A DNA stretch of 64,000 nucleotides from a virus (IMGVR_UViG_3300028797_000145:22892-86891), one strand, 5' to 3'; counted from the first letter of the stretch, positions 26,781-37,821 are shown. The notes: generated by a model not told the origin, from the letters alone. Numbers and translations: made by a program.

Positions 26781-27041
26781 TCAGTCTTTGTCTTCCGGGA
26801 AAATTTCCTCAAGTTCCTTCTCCGGATCCTCGAGAGTTTTGTTGAATTTGTTGTATTGCGCAGTGCTGATGCCAAGCAAAGCACCAAGGAAGCAATCGAT
26901 AGCTGTAATGGTGCCTACGATCTGTTCTGCATAAGGCAATCCCCAAATGGATGCCAAAGCAAAATATAACGTACCAATTGCCGGTAACAGGATCTGAGCG
27001 ATCCATTTAAGAACGTCATATGTTTTGTTTGTGAATTTCAT
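26781..27041 (-). CDS. holin, Dp-1 family-like
   Basis: YDVLKWIAQILLPAIGTLYFALASIWGLPYAEQIVGTITAIDCFLGALLGIS. Confidence 0.85.
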   Translation of the reverse strand: MKFTNKTYDVLKWIAQILLPAIGTLYFALASIWGLPYAEQIVGTITAIDCFLGALLGISTAQYNKFNKTLEDPEKELEEIFPEDKD

Positions 27042-27058
27042 TTTGAGTACCTCCTTTG

Positions 27059-29974
27059 TTAGGTCTCCAAGGCTATTACTCTAGCCTCTAAATCGATCAA
27101 CTTTGTTCTGAGATCGGTAAAATATACATTGCTCATCCATTCTGGAAGGTCAATGTATTTTGAAGCATTACCAACAGGAACTGGACAATCACGAGAGTCT
27201 TCGTATTCCTCTTTGCCTCCTTTATAAACAACTTGAGGCGACATATACGTTGTAGACTGCTGTGTGGTCGGAGTGGTAAGCTTGTATACCGTATTTGTTC
27301 CATCAGTAATGGCATCTATAAGGTTCTCATCGCCGGCTTGATAAGCTCGGTAACCATACTTACGAGTTATTGAGCCATCGGGATTCTTAACATCGCCATC
27401 GTACACGATTTTTCCATCAACTAGCTTAGCTAATCCTCTCAAATCATCCGATCCGAGATTACAAGTGTACATCAACTGGTTATCGCTGTTAAAGTACTTT
27501 TTGTTTCCAAGCTTCGCACTAATTAAACCAGACGTTACTGACTGATAGTATTCTTTAGTGAAAAGTCCAAAAGATTGAAGCCATTTCATTCCGTCGTACC
27601 CATCAAATTGGTATGAGTCTACAACATTCAATCCGTATGCGTAAGATGCTATATCGTCATTCAACATTTGAGTTAAGTCTGTGACATACACATTTTTTAT
27701 TTGCCAAGTGTCCCCTGCAGCATATGATTGTTCTTCATCGCACATGGGACCGATATGTAAATATGTGTGTTCAGATCTTTCAACTTCTTGTATAATATTG
27801 AACGTGTACCAAGTATTAGGTTCAGTGGCTGCGTAATAAAAACGATCTCCAGTGTCGATATATTGATCAGATAAATTGATATGGAACTGTGTATTGGCAT
27901 GAGGCATGTTAACTGAACACGAAATCAGATATTTATGTCCTTCAACCAATGTAAGGTCACTTCTATATAGCTCATGAGTATGAGCGGCGCTCATCGGCCA
28001 AGCATATTGGATAGTTAATGTAGCAACATTATTGCTAACCGACATGGTGGAATTTTCTACGGTCCATCCAGAATCACTAGAAAAATTTCCATTTTGAATT
28101 AACTGATTCCAGTTGAATGTTACTCCAACAGGTCGCTCGTACACCGCATCATGAACAGAAATCTTTGATAGACAAGGACAATTATCTGACGTATTAAATA
28201 TAACTTCGACATCTTCTTCCTTGGCCGATCCAATGTCTGAAGGGATCAACGGCATCGCTCGTTTAATTCCGTCAGTAATGTCTTCGGATGCTTGAAGAAC
28301 ATCGCCAAATGCGTCGTCGATCCAATATGAAAGGCTCATTGCTCCACCGGCACTATTAGATACTTTACAATAATCTTTAATAAGTCTAATTGGAGCTGCT
28401 TTGATGTCATATGTTACCGGTATATTAACCTCATAAGCAATTTCATATCCAGTTAAAGCAGCTTTTAAGTCTGATGCCGTTGTGAACCTTGAATCCTTGA
28501 TCCAAATATACTGATCGCCAATGGAAAAAGATATTGACCCGTCAGTCATCGAAGTAACTGATGTAGAAGTGGTATCAACTTTATAGCAATCGCAGTATCC
28601 GTAAGTGGCGCCACTTTTCTTAGATTCAAGTTCAACAAAGAAACAGTTGCTATAGTCCTGACTCAACTCCCAGTCGAGACTGCCAATATCTGAAACATCA
28701 TAACTATCAAGTACTTTACCGTTAACTAAATCGGCAGTGCCACCATAAATAGTTACTGGAAATGATGAATTTGAAACTTCATTTTGAAAAAATTCAGCAT
28801 CCCAATCGAATGTTAACATGGGAGAACAAACCACATTGTCAAATGTAGTCCCTTCATAAATGCTGAATCCAATATCTGTAACTTTTGTCCCTTGTAAAAA
28901 CGGCAAATACTCAGAGACATTCGGTTCTAGTATATTATTGTAAGAAACTCTATCATTTCCGTTGTAATATCTAAGGAGACCTATTGGAGCGTTGTTAAAG
29001 CACTTTAAATACAACGTGCGTCCGCTTTCCTCTGGTACATGATAGTTATAAACTGGAAGTCTAAACTTAAGCTCTATATTCTTAGTCGCTGTACCATTGA
29101 AAATATAAACGCCATTTTCAGTCTTTACGGTAACTCCATCTTTAGTAATCGTCTGCTTAGGAACTGCTGGAAGATAGTTAACATTACTAAGCGAACTAAC
29201 TAAAATATCATTATAACCTTTAATTTTAGAAATGTTAGTATATGGTTCAAAGGTACTGCTAGAAACATCAGATCTTCGAATCATTGGGGTAACAACATAA
29301 TCGCTGGAATACGGATACTCGTAAGTCGGTATCTCTAGTATCATCTCAGCTGTTGTGGTGTTGGATCTGCTAAAAGAAACGTCATTACCAGACGTTTGAA
29401 CAGACATACCTTCTCCGTCCGCATTTCTCAAAACTAAAGTTAAACTATGAGTCATTGAGGGACCATTTAAAATATAGCTACCAGATAAATTGAATTCCCC
29501 AATTTTCAGATAGATATACTTATCCGGCTTCCCATATGCTTTTAAACCAACAACATTATCACTATCATCGGTTAATATAGCGATTGTTACACCATATGTA
29601 GTAATTGTGTTGTCAATCCATCCAGTTAATCCAGTCGCAGATTTAATGCTTTCAACTGTCATTGGAAATAGGTTCTTGCCAAAACCGCCATACCAAGAAT
29701 GCTCATAACCATTAAGATTTTGAGCAGGTTTAAGATTAATCGACAATGCGCTGGAATATGTTTTCGAGGCGTCATTAATCTCAATGTTTCGACCTGTAAC
29801 GGTTTTGGCTCCGCCTATGTTTAGCTTATCCGTATTCACCCACTTTTGGAGTTCATCATCCCAAGCAATAAACTGACCATCCGCAAGATTTGTAAGACCA
29901 ACATCGGTTAACGAATTAAGAGCTGCTGATCTCATACCAGAGTAGCACTCACCCTTATACATCATCATTCCCAT
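27059..29974 (-). CDS. large minor tail protein with repeated CBM-like domains
   Basis: GKNLF and NWNQLIQNG domain openers; C-terminal coiled coil. Confidence 0.7.
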   Translation of the reverse strand: MGMMMYKGECYSGMRSAALNSLTDVGLTNLADGQFIAWDDELQKWVNTDKLNIGGAKTVTGRNIEINDASKTYSSALSINLKPAQNLNGYEHSWYGGFGKNLFPMTVESIKSATGLTGWIDNTITTYGVTIAILTDDSDNVVGLKAYGKPDKYIYLKIGEFNLSGSYILNGPSMTHSLTLVLRNADGEGMSVQTSGNDVSFSRSNTTTAEMILEIPTYEYPYSSDYVVTPMIRRSDVSSSTFEPYTNISKIKGYNDILVSSLSNVNYLPAVPKQTITKDGVTVKTENGVYIFNGTATKNIELKFRLPVYNYHVPEESGRTLYLKCFNNAPIGLLRYYNGNDRVSYNNILEPNVSEYLPFLQGTKVTDIGFSIYEGTTFDNVVCSPMLTFDWDAEFFQNEVSNSSFPVTIYGGTADLVNGKVLDSYDVSDIGSLDWELSQDYSNCFFVELESKKSGATYGYCDCYKVDTTSTSVTSMTDGSISFSIGDQYIWIKDSRFTTASDLKAALTGYEIAYEVNIPVTYDIKAAPIRLIKDYCKVSNSAGGAMSLSYWIDDAFGDVLQASEDITDGIKRAMPLIPSDIGSAKEEDVEVIFNTSDNCPCLSKISVHDAVYERPVGVTFNWNQLIQNGNFSSDSGWTVENSTMSVSNNVATLTIQYAWPMSAAHTHELYRSDLTLVEGHKYLISCSVNMPHANTQFHINLSDQYIDTGDRFYYAATEPNTWYTFNIIQEVERSEHTYLHIGPMCDEEQSYAAGDTWQIKNVYVTDLTQMLNDDIASYAYGLNVVDSYQFDGYDGMKWLQSFGLFTKEYYQSVTSGLISAKLGNKKYFNSDNQLMYTCNLGSDDLRGLAKLVDGKIVYDGDVKNPDGSITRKYGYRAYQAGDENLIDAITDGTNTVYKLTTPTTQQSTTYMSPQVVYKGGKEEYEDSRDCPVPVGNASKYIDLPEWMSNVYFTDLRTKLIDLEARVIALET

Positions 29975-29992
29975 ATTGTCACCTCTTGGAAG

Positions 29993-32302
29993 TTAGTTTC
30001 TGGTATAACATTGAACTTTACTTAAAGTACAAGCTTTACCCCAAAGTTCAAACCAATTCGCAGTTCCTCGAATACGTATTGCTGTATACTGATGTTCGTT
30101 CAAGTAAATGTCGTATGTCTTCCATTCATTTTGAACAAACCGAATGTTTGTTGATTCTTGCTGTTCATCTATCAGGCAGTTTTCATAAACCCCGTCAGAT
30201 GTAAGACCTTCAACATAGATCGTCTGTGAAGTACTAGGGCCATTGTTTGCTGTCTCAATTCTAAGCAAATATAATTGATTAAGAGTGCCCCAATCATAAA
30301 CTATCCAAGGAGCCGTATCGTCGGTATCTGGTAACCAACCACCAGACATATCGGATGCAGCAGACTGTCCATTGAATGCCATGTAAGCGGCATACGCTGA
30401 ACCATACTGACTAGAATATGTTACTTCACCGCTCGGTGTTGTATCGCTAGTCATGGTCGGTATAAGTTCTCTTAAGGTGGGATCTTCTCCACTGATCAAA
30501 ACCCATTCTCCAGACATGTTAAGATACTTAGCAAGCTCTTTATGAGATCTTGGATCCAGATAATAATATACTTCCCCGTCAAGTCCTCTGTATGGAGGAG
30601 GTGCTATAGAACCATACTTATTAGTTATAGCTCCAGCGCCATTTTTTACTCCATAAATCTCATAAAGAACCCAGTTAGATCCTTGATCGACAAATGTTAA
30701 TTCATCCTCATCTGTAATTTGATATGTCCAATAATTACTACTGCTAGACCAACCGAAACCTTGAATATAATCATTCACATTAAGATTTTTAGTATCGTAT
30801 GTGACATCGACCTTATAGGTTTTATTGTCGGCTGACCTTAGATTTCTAAATATAAGCAAATCGTATGCTGTGTATTGGTCATTCAATTCGATCAACTGGG
30901 GATTAGATGTGCCGTTGCCTCTGAAGAGTAACGTATTGGATCCTACTTCAGCTATCTCATAAACTAGATCGCCAATTTGTAATTTCTGAAGAGAATAATC
31001 AGCATCCGCTAGGGGATTTCCTATAACTACAGTTCCTGGTCCACCAGATCCAGTACCGTAATTAATACCAATAACTTCTGAAATATACATTTCGTATTGG
31101 TAATCACCCTTGGAAAGTTGATTAACATCATCAACTTTGAAATAAAAATAGAACGAGTCCGAGCATATACCAATTTGCTCATTGTCGTTCATTGCTTCTA
31201 TCAATTTGCTTGTAGGAAATATGTTTGGAAATCTTAATTCAAATCCACCATATGTCATAGCCGTTGTGACACAAATAGCATCAAACTCCGTAATGTCATC
31301 AGATAATGGCATTACATTTTGAACATATGTCCCGGAATACAAAGAAGTCTCGCAATATGAAGACTTGCTTGTTCCTTTACCAGAACTACCATATCTAAGA
31401 CCTACTATTTTGAAACACGATAGCCCAGAATAGTCACCTCTTGTAAAGGTTTTAGAGTTTGTTACTTTAAAATACCAGTATTTCTCATCGCTGGTTATTC
31501 CGAATTGATCATTAGATCCTGTAAACTGTAAAAGCTCACTAACGGAAAACGTCGAAACTATGTTATTACCAGCGCTATGACAATAAACCATTATAGAATC
31601 GAAGTTCAATATTGATTGCGACAGATTCAAAGTAGAAACTTCGTCATCCGAGTCATATATCGTAATCTCGGCGTACTTATCATCTCCTCCAGGAGTTTCT
31701 AAACTTGTATCTTTTTCAACCAAATATAGCATCCGACCAGATCCGCCGTTAATGTTACACATATAACCGGCATCATTACCGCTAAGTGTTAGAGTCTTAA
31801 AATCTTCACTATAAGTCGCAATACAATGTATAGAACCTGAAGATCCAGGACTAGTAGGAGGCTTCGCTGATCCTCCCCCATAATGGCCATAGCATACTGG
31901 AGATCCATACCTAAACGGTCCCATCTGGACATAGTTGTTTACACCATCGCCATCAATAGACATAATGTAAACTGGTATCTCATCAAATTCCCAGGATCTG
32001 CTAGTTTGACCATCGCCAATCCAAGATCGGGTTTTGATCTCATAAAACTTGCCAGCAATTTTTACTCCAGAACCATCAGCCGGATCAGCATCTTTAATGT
32101 AATAAAGAATATCAGGATCGTTCCTAAGATCAGGAGTGAGAGCATTGTATTCTTCTAATGTGACTTCTTTAACAATCCCAAGATCAGTAGTTGACTTGTC
32201 TCCTATTAGAGTCACACCGTTTACTTTTGGCTTGTACGAAAGTCTCTCGTACTCGGCGAAGCCACCAAACTGAACACCGCCATGCATGATCTTACCGGCC
32301 AT
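29993..32302 (-). CDS. tail adhesin with three ~90-aa repeats and C-terminal F5/8 (discoidin)-like domain
   Basis: LIPTMTSDTTPSG...AFNG...WIVYDW; VTLEEYNAL module. Confidence 0.7.
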   Translation of the reverse strand: MAGKIMHGGVQFGGFAEYERLSYKPKVNGVTLIGDKSTTDLGIVKEVTLEEYNALTPDLRNDPDILYYIKDADPADGSGVKIAGKFYEIKTRSWIGDGQTSRSWEFDEIPVYIMSIDGDGVNNYVQMGPFRYGSPVCYGHYGGGSAKPPTSPGSSGSIHCIATYSEDFKTLTLSGNDAGYMCNINGGSGRMLYLVEKDTSLETPGGDDKYAEITIYDSDDEVSTLNLSQSILNFDSIMVYCHSAGNNIVSTFSVSELLQFTGSNDQFGITSDEKYWYFKVTNSKTFTRGDYSGLSCFKIVGLRYGSSGKGTSKSSYCETSLYSGTYVQNVMPLSDDITEFDAICVTTAMTYGGFELRFPNIFPTSKLIEAMNDNEQIGICSDSFYFYFKVDDVNQLSKGDYQYEMYISEVIGINYGTGSGGPGTVVIGNPLADADYSLQKLQIGDLVYEIAEVGSNTLLFRGNGTSNPQLIELNDQYTAYDLLIFRNLRSADNKTYKVDVTYDTKNLNVNDYIQGFGWSSSSNYWTYQITDEDELTFVDQGSNWVLYEIYGVKNGAGAITNKYGSIAPPPYRGLDGEVYYYLDPRSHKELAKYLNMSGEWVLISGEDPTLRELIPTMTSDTTPSGEVTYSSQYGSAYAAYMAFNGQSAASDMSGGWLPDTDDTAPWIVYDWGTLNQLYLLRIETANNGPSTSQTIYVEGLTSDGVYENCLIDEQQESTNIRFVQNEWKTYDIYLNEHQYTAIRIRGTANWFELWGKACTLSKVQCYTRN

Positions 32303-32327
32303 GGTAACTCCTCCTTGCCATTTTGAA

Positions 32328-32753
32328 TTAGATTCTGTGTTCTACATACAATTTGTGGTATGTGTCTTTAATCACTTTTGTTGTAAGGACCGTCCTGTTG
32401 TTTTCAAACTTTGGATGATCCTTACAATACTGTTCGTAGCTGGTTATGTCATCCAGCACCTGATCAAATGATTCCTTGCTGTGTTCGATGTGGCCAACTC
32501 TGACCTCGTCACCGAACTTTAATATGTCCTTTCTTATCCTAATTGCATCATTCTCGTCTACTTTCTTCTCCAAAGCGTCAATCTTATCGGAGAGATCTTT
32601 AACCCCCATCATCTTGCCTGCCCATTTGCCAAGCCATGACCAAGGGTTAATTTTTATTGGTGCAATCTGGATAAGAGATAGTCCTGCAATAAGCAACAGC
32701 CAATTACGCTGTACACTTACTCCTATTAATTGGAGAATCTCTTGTACATTCAT
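32328..32753 (-). CDS. membrane-anchored protein next to holin (holin-associated family)
   Basis: N-terminal TM, IKINPWSWLGK, ILKFGDE. Confidence 0.55.
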   Translation of the reverse strand: MNVQEILQLIGVSVQRNWLLLIAGLSLIQIAPIKINPWSWLGKWAGKMMGVKDLSDKIDALEKKVDENDAIRIRKDILKFGDEVRVGHIEHSKESFDQVLDDITSYEQYCKDHPKFENNRTVLTTKVIKDTYHKLYVEHRI

Positions 32754-32757
32754 TGGT

Positions 32758-33123
32758 TTACTCCTTCTTTGAATGCTTGGTTACATCAAGCTCTGTGAAA
32801 GCCATCGGATCTATAGTGAACCGCATAGGCTCGTTGTTTGCGAACTTCTTTCTATTTGTAATCTCAAGGCGACACTGCTGCGTGTCAGGATCAAACGTAA
32901 TAATACCGTCTTCCTTGGATTCAGGAAGTCCCGCTATAATTGACGTTAGCATAGAAAGTAAGCTTGCAGTCAAAGAAACCAATATAATGTGTATCCAATC
33001 AATTTCATTTATAGCAACATCGACAGTTACCATGCCTGCCATAGCTTGAAATAACGTACGAACAGCTCTTAACACAGCTGCCTTCCAAAGCTCAGTGTTT
33101 CCTAAATCACGCAATAGTGTCAT
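32758..33123 (-). CDS. holin, r1t family-like; probable start MTLLR at 33123
   Basis: AAVLRAVRTLFQ...IDW...LLSMLTSIIAGLPE; AAAGGAG RBS. Confidence 0.75.
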   Translation of the reverse strand: MTLLRDLGNTELWKAAVLRAVRTLFQAMAGMVTVDVAINEIDWIHIILVSLTASLLSMLTSIIAGLPESKEDGIITFDPDTQQCRLEITNRKKFANNEPMRFTIDPMAFTELDVTKHSKKE

Positions 33124-33142
33124 CTCCTTTCCATTTTGAATA

Positions 33143-35161
33143 TTAGAATGCAAAGCAAATCGGATACCAGTCTCCACCACCTGAGAAGTCACCATTTTCG
33201 CTAATGCCCCAATACCCATGAATATTGGATCCACCACCGTTTGGATAACCATAGTTTTTAATAGTTCTAAGAGTATATCCGGTGTATGTACTTGTGTTTG
33301 TACATTGAACCTTCTTATACTTTTCAGGTGTGTTTGGAGTTAAAATCGGATATCGTTCCTCACCATCTACTGAAATAGTAACTCCACCATATGCAGAAGA
33401 CATATCCAGGATCTTTTCATGCTGTTCGTAACCATAAATATTCGGTAAGAATGGCTCACTCCAACTATTAATTCCCATCGGACCGTACTCCATACTTCCA
33501 GCATTTCGGTCATTCAAATGGTGATGAATCAAAGTTTTGTAAGTCTCAGTAAGATTTGCCCCACTCATCTCATATAACGACGGAATCCAAATCTCGTCAA
33601 CTGTTTGCATCTCGCATCTTGTTTCAAACAAATGAGAAATTTGAACATCTTCCCACTCGCACCATGGTGCGCTGGTATAGATTGTTGTCGGAACTAAAGC
33701 ATTAACAATCGTAGCCCCATCAGAAAGTGTAGAAAGAACTTCTAGGAATTCACCATTAAGGAATTTCCTAACACCACTAGTAGGCCACGAAGCAATGGTT
33801 CCGATCATTGTATTTCGGAAAAGTGTTTTTGAACACCACAAACTGTTGGAGTGTCCAGATCCTACCTTTTCCATAATCAAAGTTCCGTACTGTTTGTCGC
33901 TAACGGAACCAATTGTAAGAGATTTGTAGTCGCCGACATTATACTTTGTACCGGCACAAGCGACAATGTCGTCCCAACTATCAGATATCTCACCAGCTGT
34001 TCCTTCTACCGGTTCTCCAAATTGAGCATATACATCCATATCAGATGTGACACGAACTGGAACCGGAGACCAACCCTTAAATTCAAGTGCTGCGTCTTCA
34101 TGATTTAAAGGTATACTACCACTATATTGAGCAGAGCTGTATGCTCTTACTTCTTGCTCTTCAAGTGGATCATTTCCATTGTAAAAGGTAACTTTGAATG
34201 TTCCTGATACTTTAGGCTCCTTGACATGAACACTAACCATCTTGTATCCATCACAAGCATCTGTCTCAGAAGCTACAAATGTGCCGTTGGCATCAATGTC
34301 CTTCATTTCAAGGAGACCATTTTCATCAACTTTCTTAATCTCTTCTTCATTCTCTTCGGGATTTTCAGACTTACCAGACTGGGTCGGTTTAGTTGTGCTA
34401 CCACCTGTACGTCCACTAGTACTTGTAGTCTTAGCCGCTGTAGAATTCGGAAGATTAATGCTTACTGAAGAAAATAACTTTCCTTCAGGAGGATAGTGGG
34501 TTACGTGGTTGTCGTCAAACTTGCCTTCAACCTTCAGCTCACTATCCGGAACGTTTACTTTGATACTAGAATATGCACGATAATATGTATAATTCTCGCC
34601 AGCATCGTAAACCTTATTCTTATCAAAATTACCAGCTTCGAGCTCCGGAATATCATCAGCTATGTGATTAATGATCTCTGCAAGTCCACGGAAGTCGAAA
34701 TTCATGTCAGCAATCTTCTTCTTTGCTTTTACAGCATCGATCATCTTCTTTTTAGTATCTGTAAGAGTCTTCAAATAGCTCTCACAAGCAGCCAATGTTT
34801 CCATATTGGTCTTCGGATCGATTTCGTAATGCATAATAGTTCCGAAAGCTGGACGTAAATATGTACCAATAATGGTATAAAGGTTACCACTTGTCATTAC
34901 GTTTTCGCTTCGCAATGCATACTCGTCATCTTCCAAAGCTTCGGCAAGATCAAACGCCAACTTTGCCCAAATATCTTCCATTGCTCTTTCATACTCAGTA
35001 CGAATAGCAAATTCGCTTGCTGGAACGCCATTAAGCGAACCGGCGTTGGCTGCTGACGTCTTCAACGTCTTTGCAGCATCTATGATGGCATCTCTAACGG
35101 CTTCTCCGCTGGATGCTGATTCAATAATTTTGAAAAAACTTCGCAAATCTGAAGAAGCCAT
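33143..35161 (-). CDS. putative receptor-binding protein: InlB B-repeat-like domain plus DUF6273/C-type-lectin-like C-terminus
   Basis: FKVTFYNG...FKGW...DMDVYAQF; WPTSGVRKFLNGEF; IWIPSLYE. Confidence 0.65.
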   Translation of the reverse strand: MASSDLRSFFKIIESASSGEAVRDAIIDAAKTLKTSAANAGSLNGVPASEFAIRTEYERAMEDIWAKLAFDLAEALEDDEYALRSENVMTSGNLYTIIGTYLRPAFGTIMHYEIDPKTNMETLAACESYLKTLTDTKKKMIDAVKAKKKIADMNFDFRGLAEIINHIADDIPELEAGNFDKNKVYDAGENYTYYRAYSSIKVNVPDSELKVEGKFDDNHVTHYPPEGKLFSSVSINLPNSTAAKTTSTSGRTGGSTTKPTQSGKSENPEENEEEIKKVDENGLLEMKDIDANGTFVASETDACDGYKMVSVHVKEPKVSGTFKVTFYNGNDPLEEQEVRAYSSAQYSGSIPLNHEDAALEFKGWSPVPVRVTSDMDVYAQFGEPVEGTAGEISDSWDDIVACAGTKYNVGDYKSLTIGSVSDKQYGTLIMEKVGSGHSNSLWCSKTLFRNTMIGTIASWPTSGVRKFLNGEFLEVLSTLSDGATIVNALVPTTIYTSAPWCEWEDVQISHLFETRCEMQTVDEIWIPSLYEMSGANLTETYKTLIHHHLNDRNAGSMEYGPMGINSWSEPFLPNIYGYEQHEKILDMSSAYGGVTISVDGEERYPILTPNTPEKYKKVQCTNTSTYTGYTLRTIKNYGYPNGGGSNIHGYWGISENGDFSGGGDWYPICFAF

Positions 35162-35185
35162 TAAAGTATACCTCCATCATTTTGA

Positions 35186-37513
35186 TCAAATAGCAAATCC
35201 CCAGTACGCTTGTCCAGATCCGGGTGTTATAAAACCAAGACCGTCAACGCATGCTCTAGAATATACAGCGGTGCAGTGATCTGTGCCACCTTGGTAATCG
35301 GCTGGCGCCACAGGACTTGTGTAAATTGTTTGATCACTATATGTATCGTTAATTCTTGAATCGTTAAGTGTACAACTCCTGGTCATAACATCTCTTAATA
35401 TAGGACCATAACTGTTTACCGATTGCGCGTCATACCATTCCAGAAATCTTTGGTCATTATGATCAGTCATGTTCGTTCCGTCATAGTACAGACCTTTTGA
35501 ACCGTTGTATACCAAGGTAAATCTGTCATAATTATTGCCATCGTGGGGCAGTGTCATGCCTACAACCTGTCTACCGGATTGTCCATCATGAAGACCACTC
35601 TTATAATAACCTTTCATCGTACTAAGGTTATATGTGACAAACGGAGATTTGTAAATATCACCATCATATACCGAATCTCTAAGGATTAATCCTCTCTGGA
35701 AATCTCTAGGAATCTTAGTGGCTTTTCGGCCTGCAGCTTTGTAGTAAACCATTTTAGATATACCAGTTCTAGTATATCTTGTAATCTGCTGTCCGGTACT
35801 AGGATCAATGTAGGGACCGGAAGTCCAAATATCTTTGTAATCAACATTATTAGAAGTGTAGATACCTTCTAAGAAATCCCCTTCTTTGTCCTGAGATGTA
35901 TAAATCTGTAGCTCATCAGCGCTTGGTAACCAGATCTTTTCATCGGTATGATCATACTTCGTTCCTGCAGCAACAACATCGTTGTTCACCTGTGTGGGAC
36001 TAAAATCGCCATTAGGAAGTTGAGCGCCATTAACCCCTCGGAACTCTCCTATTCTCTTGATACCACTTCGAACAGCGTGGCATTTGCTTACCGTAGCAAT
36101 CTTAGACGCTAGCCAATCAGGAATGTACGTCGAAATGAAGTTTCCGTTAAGGTACGTTCTAACCGGCTCCTCATCCCAGTTTTGATCACCGATCTCATAC
36201 TGCTGAGGTATAGTTATAGGGTTCATGCAAAGAAAACATGTTCTACCAGAACCATCCTTAACCTTACCAAGCTTGATTACTCGAACAATTGAATTGTCAT
36301 TGAGTCTGAGAAGCTTCATTTGATTGTCGCCAATACATCTCGGATTCTCAAGGATCTCTTCCCAACTCACAGAAGCCCAGTTGATAGCGGCACCCATTGC
36401 TGTAGGTCCAGGAGTCCACAACTCATACTGAGCGTACACATCCATATCGGTTATGACGTTCTTTGGAATAGGATCCCAACCTTTGAAATACCAGAAGTCC
36501 TTGTTGCTGTATTCGGGTATGTCTCCATCAAACACGGCTCTTTCTCCGGAATTAACCTGTTTGGTTCCAATGGTTTCGGCAGCTCCCCCATAAGGTTCAT
36601 AAATGAAGTTGACAGTATATGTTCCTTCATCATCCGGCTCGAAATTTTTAACATTAACAATTACATCCGAGAATCCATCATAACCATTCGGAGGCGAATA
36701 CTCTCCATTTTGAAGAATTTCTTGCGAAGTGAGTTTAACTTCGCCATTTTCTCCGCTGCCGCTTCCACCACCAGCTCCTCCGCCACTACCATTTCCAGAT
36801 ACATCTATCTTTGCAGATGAGAAACCATCGTATCCGGTAGGCGGTGTGTGATTACCAGTAGTTGTAAACACACCAGGGTATCCTTTCAACTGAACATTAA
36901 CGGTAACCGGGTTATATGCCGTGCCTGAAATAATATGTCCTTCCCTATCCCGGACAATGTCTTCAGGTATCTCTTTACCGTTCTCTGTAATCGTAATGGG
37001 CTTAACTAATAAGTTAGCCAACTTAATCTCCGAAATTCTAGTCGGGAGATCTTCAACACTGTCGGTGTCCTGAATTGTTACACCCTTGTTCTCAATAGCA
37101 CTTTCAATAAGTCCTATAGAATTCTTAAGGATCGTTAAACAGTCGTGAATGTTGTTCCCGATCTCATCCGCCGGGTAATCATCGTATCTACCTTTGTAGT
37201 CACCGTTGATCTGCTTAAGTTTCTTTAGAACCCCGTCCCTGAAGTATGCTGTAATGTCTTTGTTCTGCATAACCTTAAGACTATTGAGTGTCGGAACTGT
37301 ATCATACTTGAGACAGTCATTGACATCTCTTTCAACCTTCTCAATCTCTTTAACAAGGACGTAATAATCAGAACCGTGGCCGTCGAGATTTTGAACATCC
37401 CCGCCAACTTCATTAAGGGTTTCAATAAGGTCGATCAAAGCCTGACGCATGGTTATACCGTCGCAAGCGGCTTCCAATTCCTCAATGGCTTCTTTGTTTG
37501 TGTCCAAAACCAT
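35186..37513 (-). CDS. putative receptor-binding protein, paralog of 33143..35161
   Basis: YTVNF...FKGW...DMDVYAQY; WDEEPVRTYLNGNF; KIWLPSADEL. Confidence 0.65.
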   Translation of the reverse strand: MVLDTNKEAIEELEAACDGITMRQALIDLIETLNEVGGDVQNLDGHGSDYYVLVKEIEKVERDVNDCLKYDTVPTLNSLKVMQNKDITAYFRDGVLKKLKQINGDYKGRYDDYPADEIGNNIHDCLTILKNSIGLIESAIENKGVTIQDTDSVEDLPTRISEIKLANLLVKPITITENGKEIPEDIVRDREGHIISGTAYNPVTVNVQLKGYPGVFTTTGNHTPPTGYDGFSSAKIDVSGNGSGGGAGGGSGSGENGEVKLTSQEILQNGEYSPPNGYDGFSDVIVNVKNFEPDDEGTYTVNFIYEPYGGAAETIGTKQVNSGERAVFDGDIPEYSNKDFWYFKGWDPIPKNVITDMDVYAQYELWTPGPTAMGAAINWASVSWEEILENPRCIGDNQMKLLRLNDNSIVRVIKLGKVKDGSGRTCFLCMNPITIPQQYEIGDQNWDEEPVRTYLNGNFISTYIPDWLASKIATVSKCHAVRSGIKRIGEFRGVNGAQLPNGDFSPTQVNNDVVAAGTKYDHTDEKIWLPSADELQIYTSQDKEGDFLEGIYTSNNVDYKDIWTSGPYIDPSTGQQITRYTRTGISKMVYYKAAGRKATKIPRDFQRGLILRDSVYDGDIYKSPFVTYNLSTMKGYYKSGLHDGQSGRQVVGMTLPHDGNNYDRFTLVYNGSKGLYYDGTNMTDHNDQRFLEWYDAQSVNSYGPILRDVMTRSCTLNDSRINDTYSDQTIYTSPVAPADYQGGTDHCTAVYSRACVDGLGFITPGSGQAYWGFAI

Positions 37514-37527
37514 TATCCTTACCTCCC

Positions 37528-37821
37528 TTAATTATCGAGAAAAGGGATCGGGCCAAGAATGGACCGAATACCTTTAGTCATTAGCAAATTCTCGCTTTCG
37601 GCGTTAGGTTTGCTATCCTTTTTAATACGATCTGAAAGAATCTTCGTTCTTGATATCATTTCAACAGTTTTTAAGTATTCCTCTTCGCGCCTTCCATCGA
37701 AGGATGTAGCGTTGCAATCGCCGTAGTTAAGAACGGTAAGAGCATCTATCATTACTTTTCTTGCGCCACGACCATCGGTAGTCTGTAGCTGTTGCACATA
37801 CTTATTCATGGTTGTAGCCAT
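37528..37821 (-). CDS. short protein resembling the N-terminal module of the two downstream RBPs
   Basis: ARKVMIDALTVLN vs MRQALIDLIETLN vs VRDAIIDAAKTL. Confidence 0.6.
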   Translation of the reverse strand: MATTMNKYVQQLQTTDGRGARKVMIDALTVLNYGDCNATSFDGRREEEYLKTVEMISRTKILSDRIKKDSKPNAESENLLMTKGIRSILGPIPFLDN

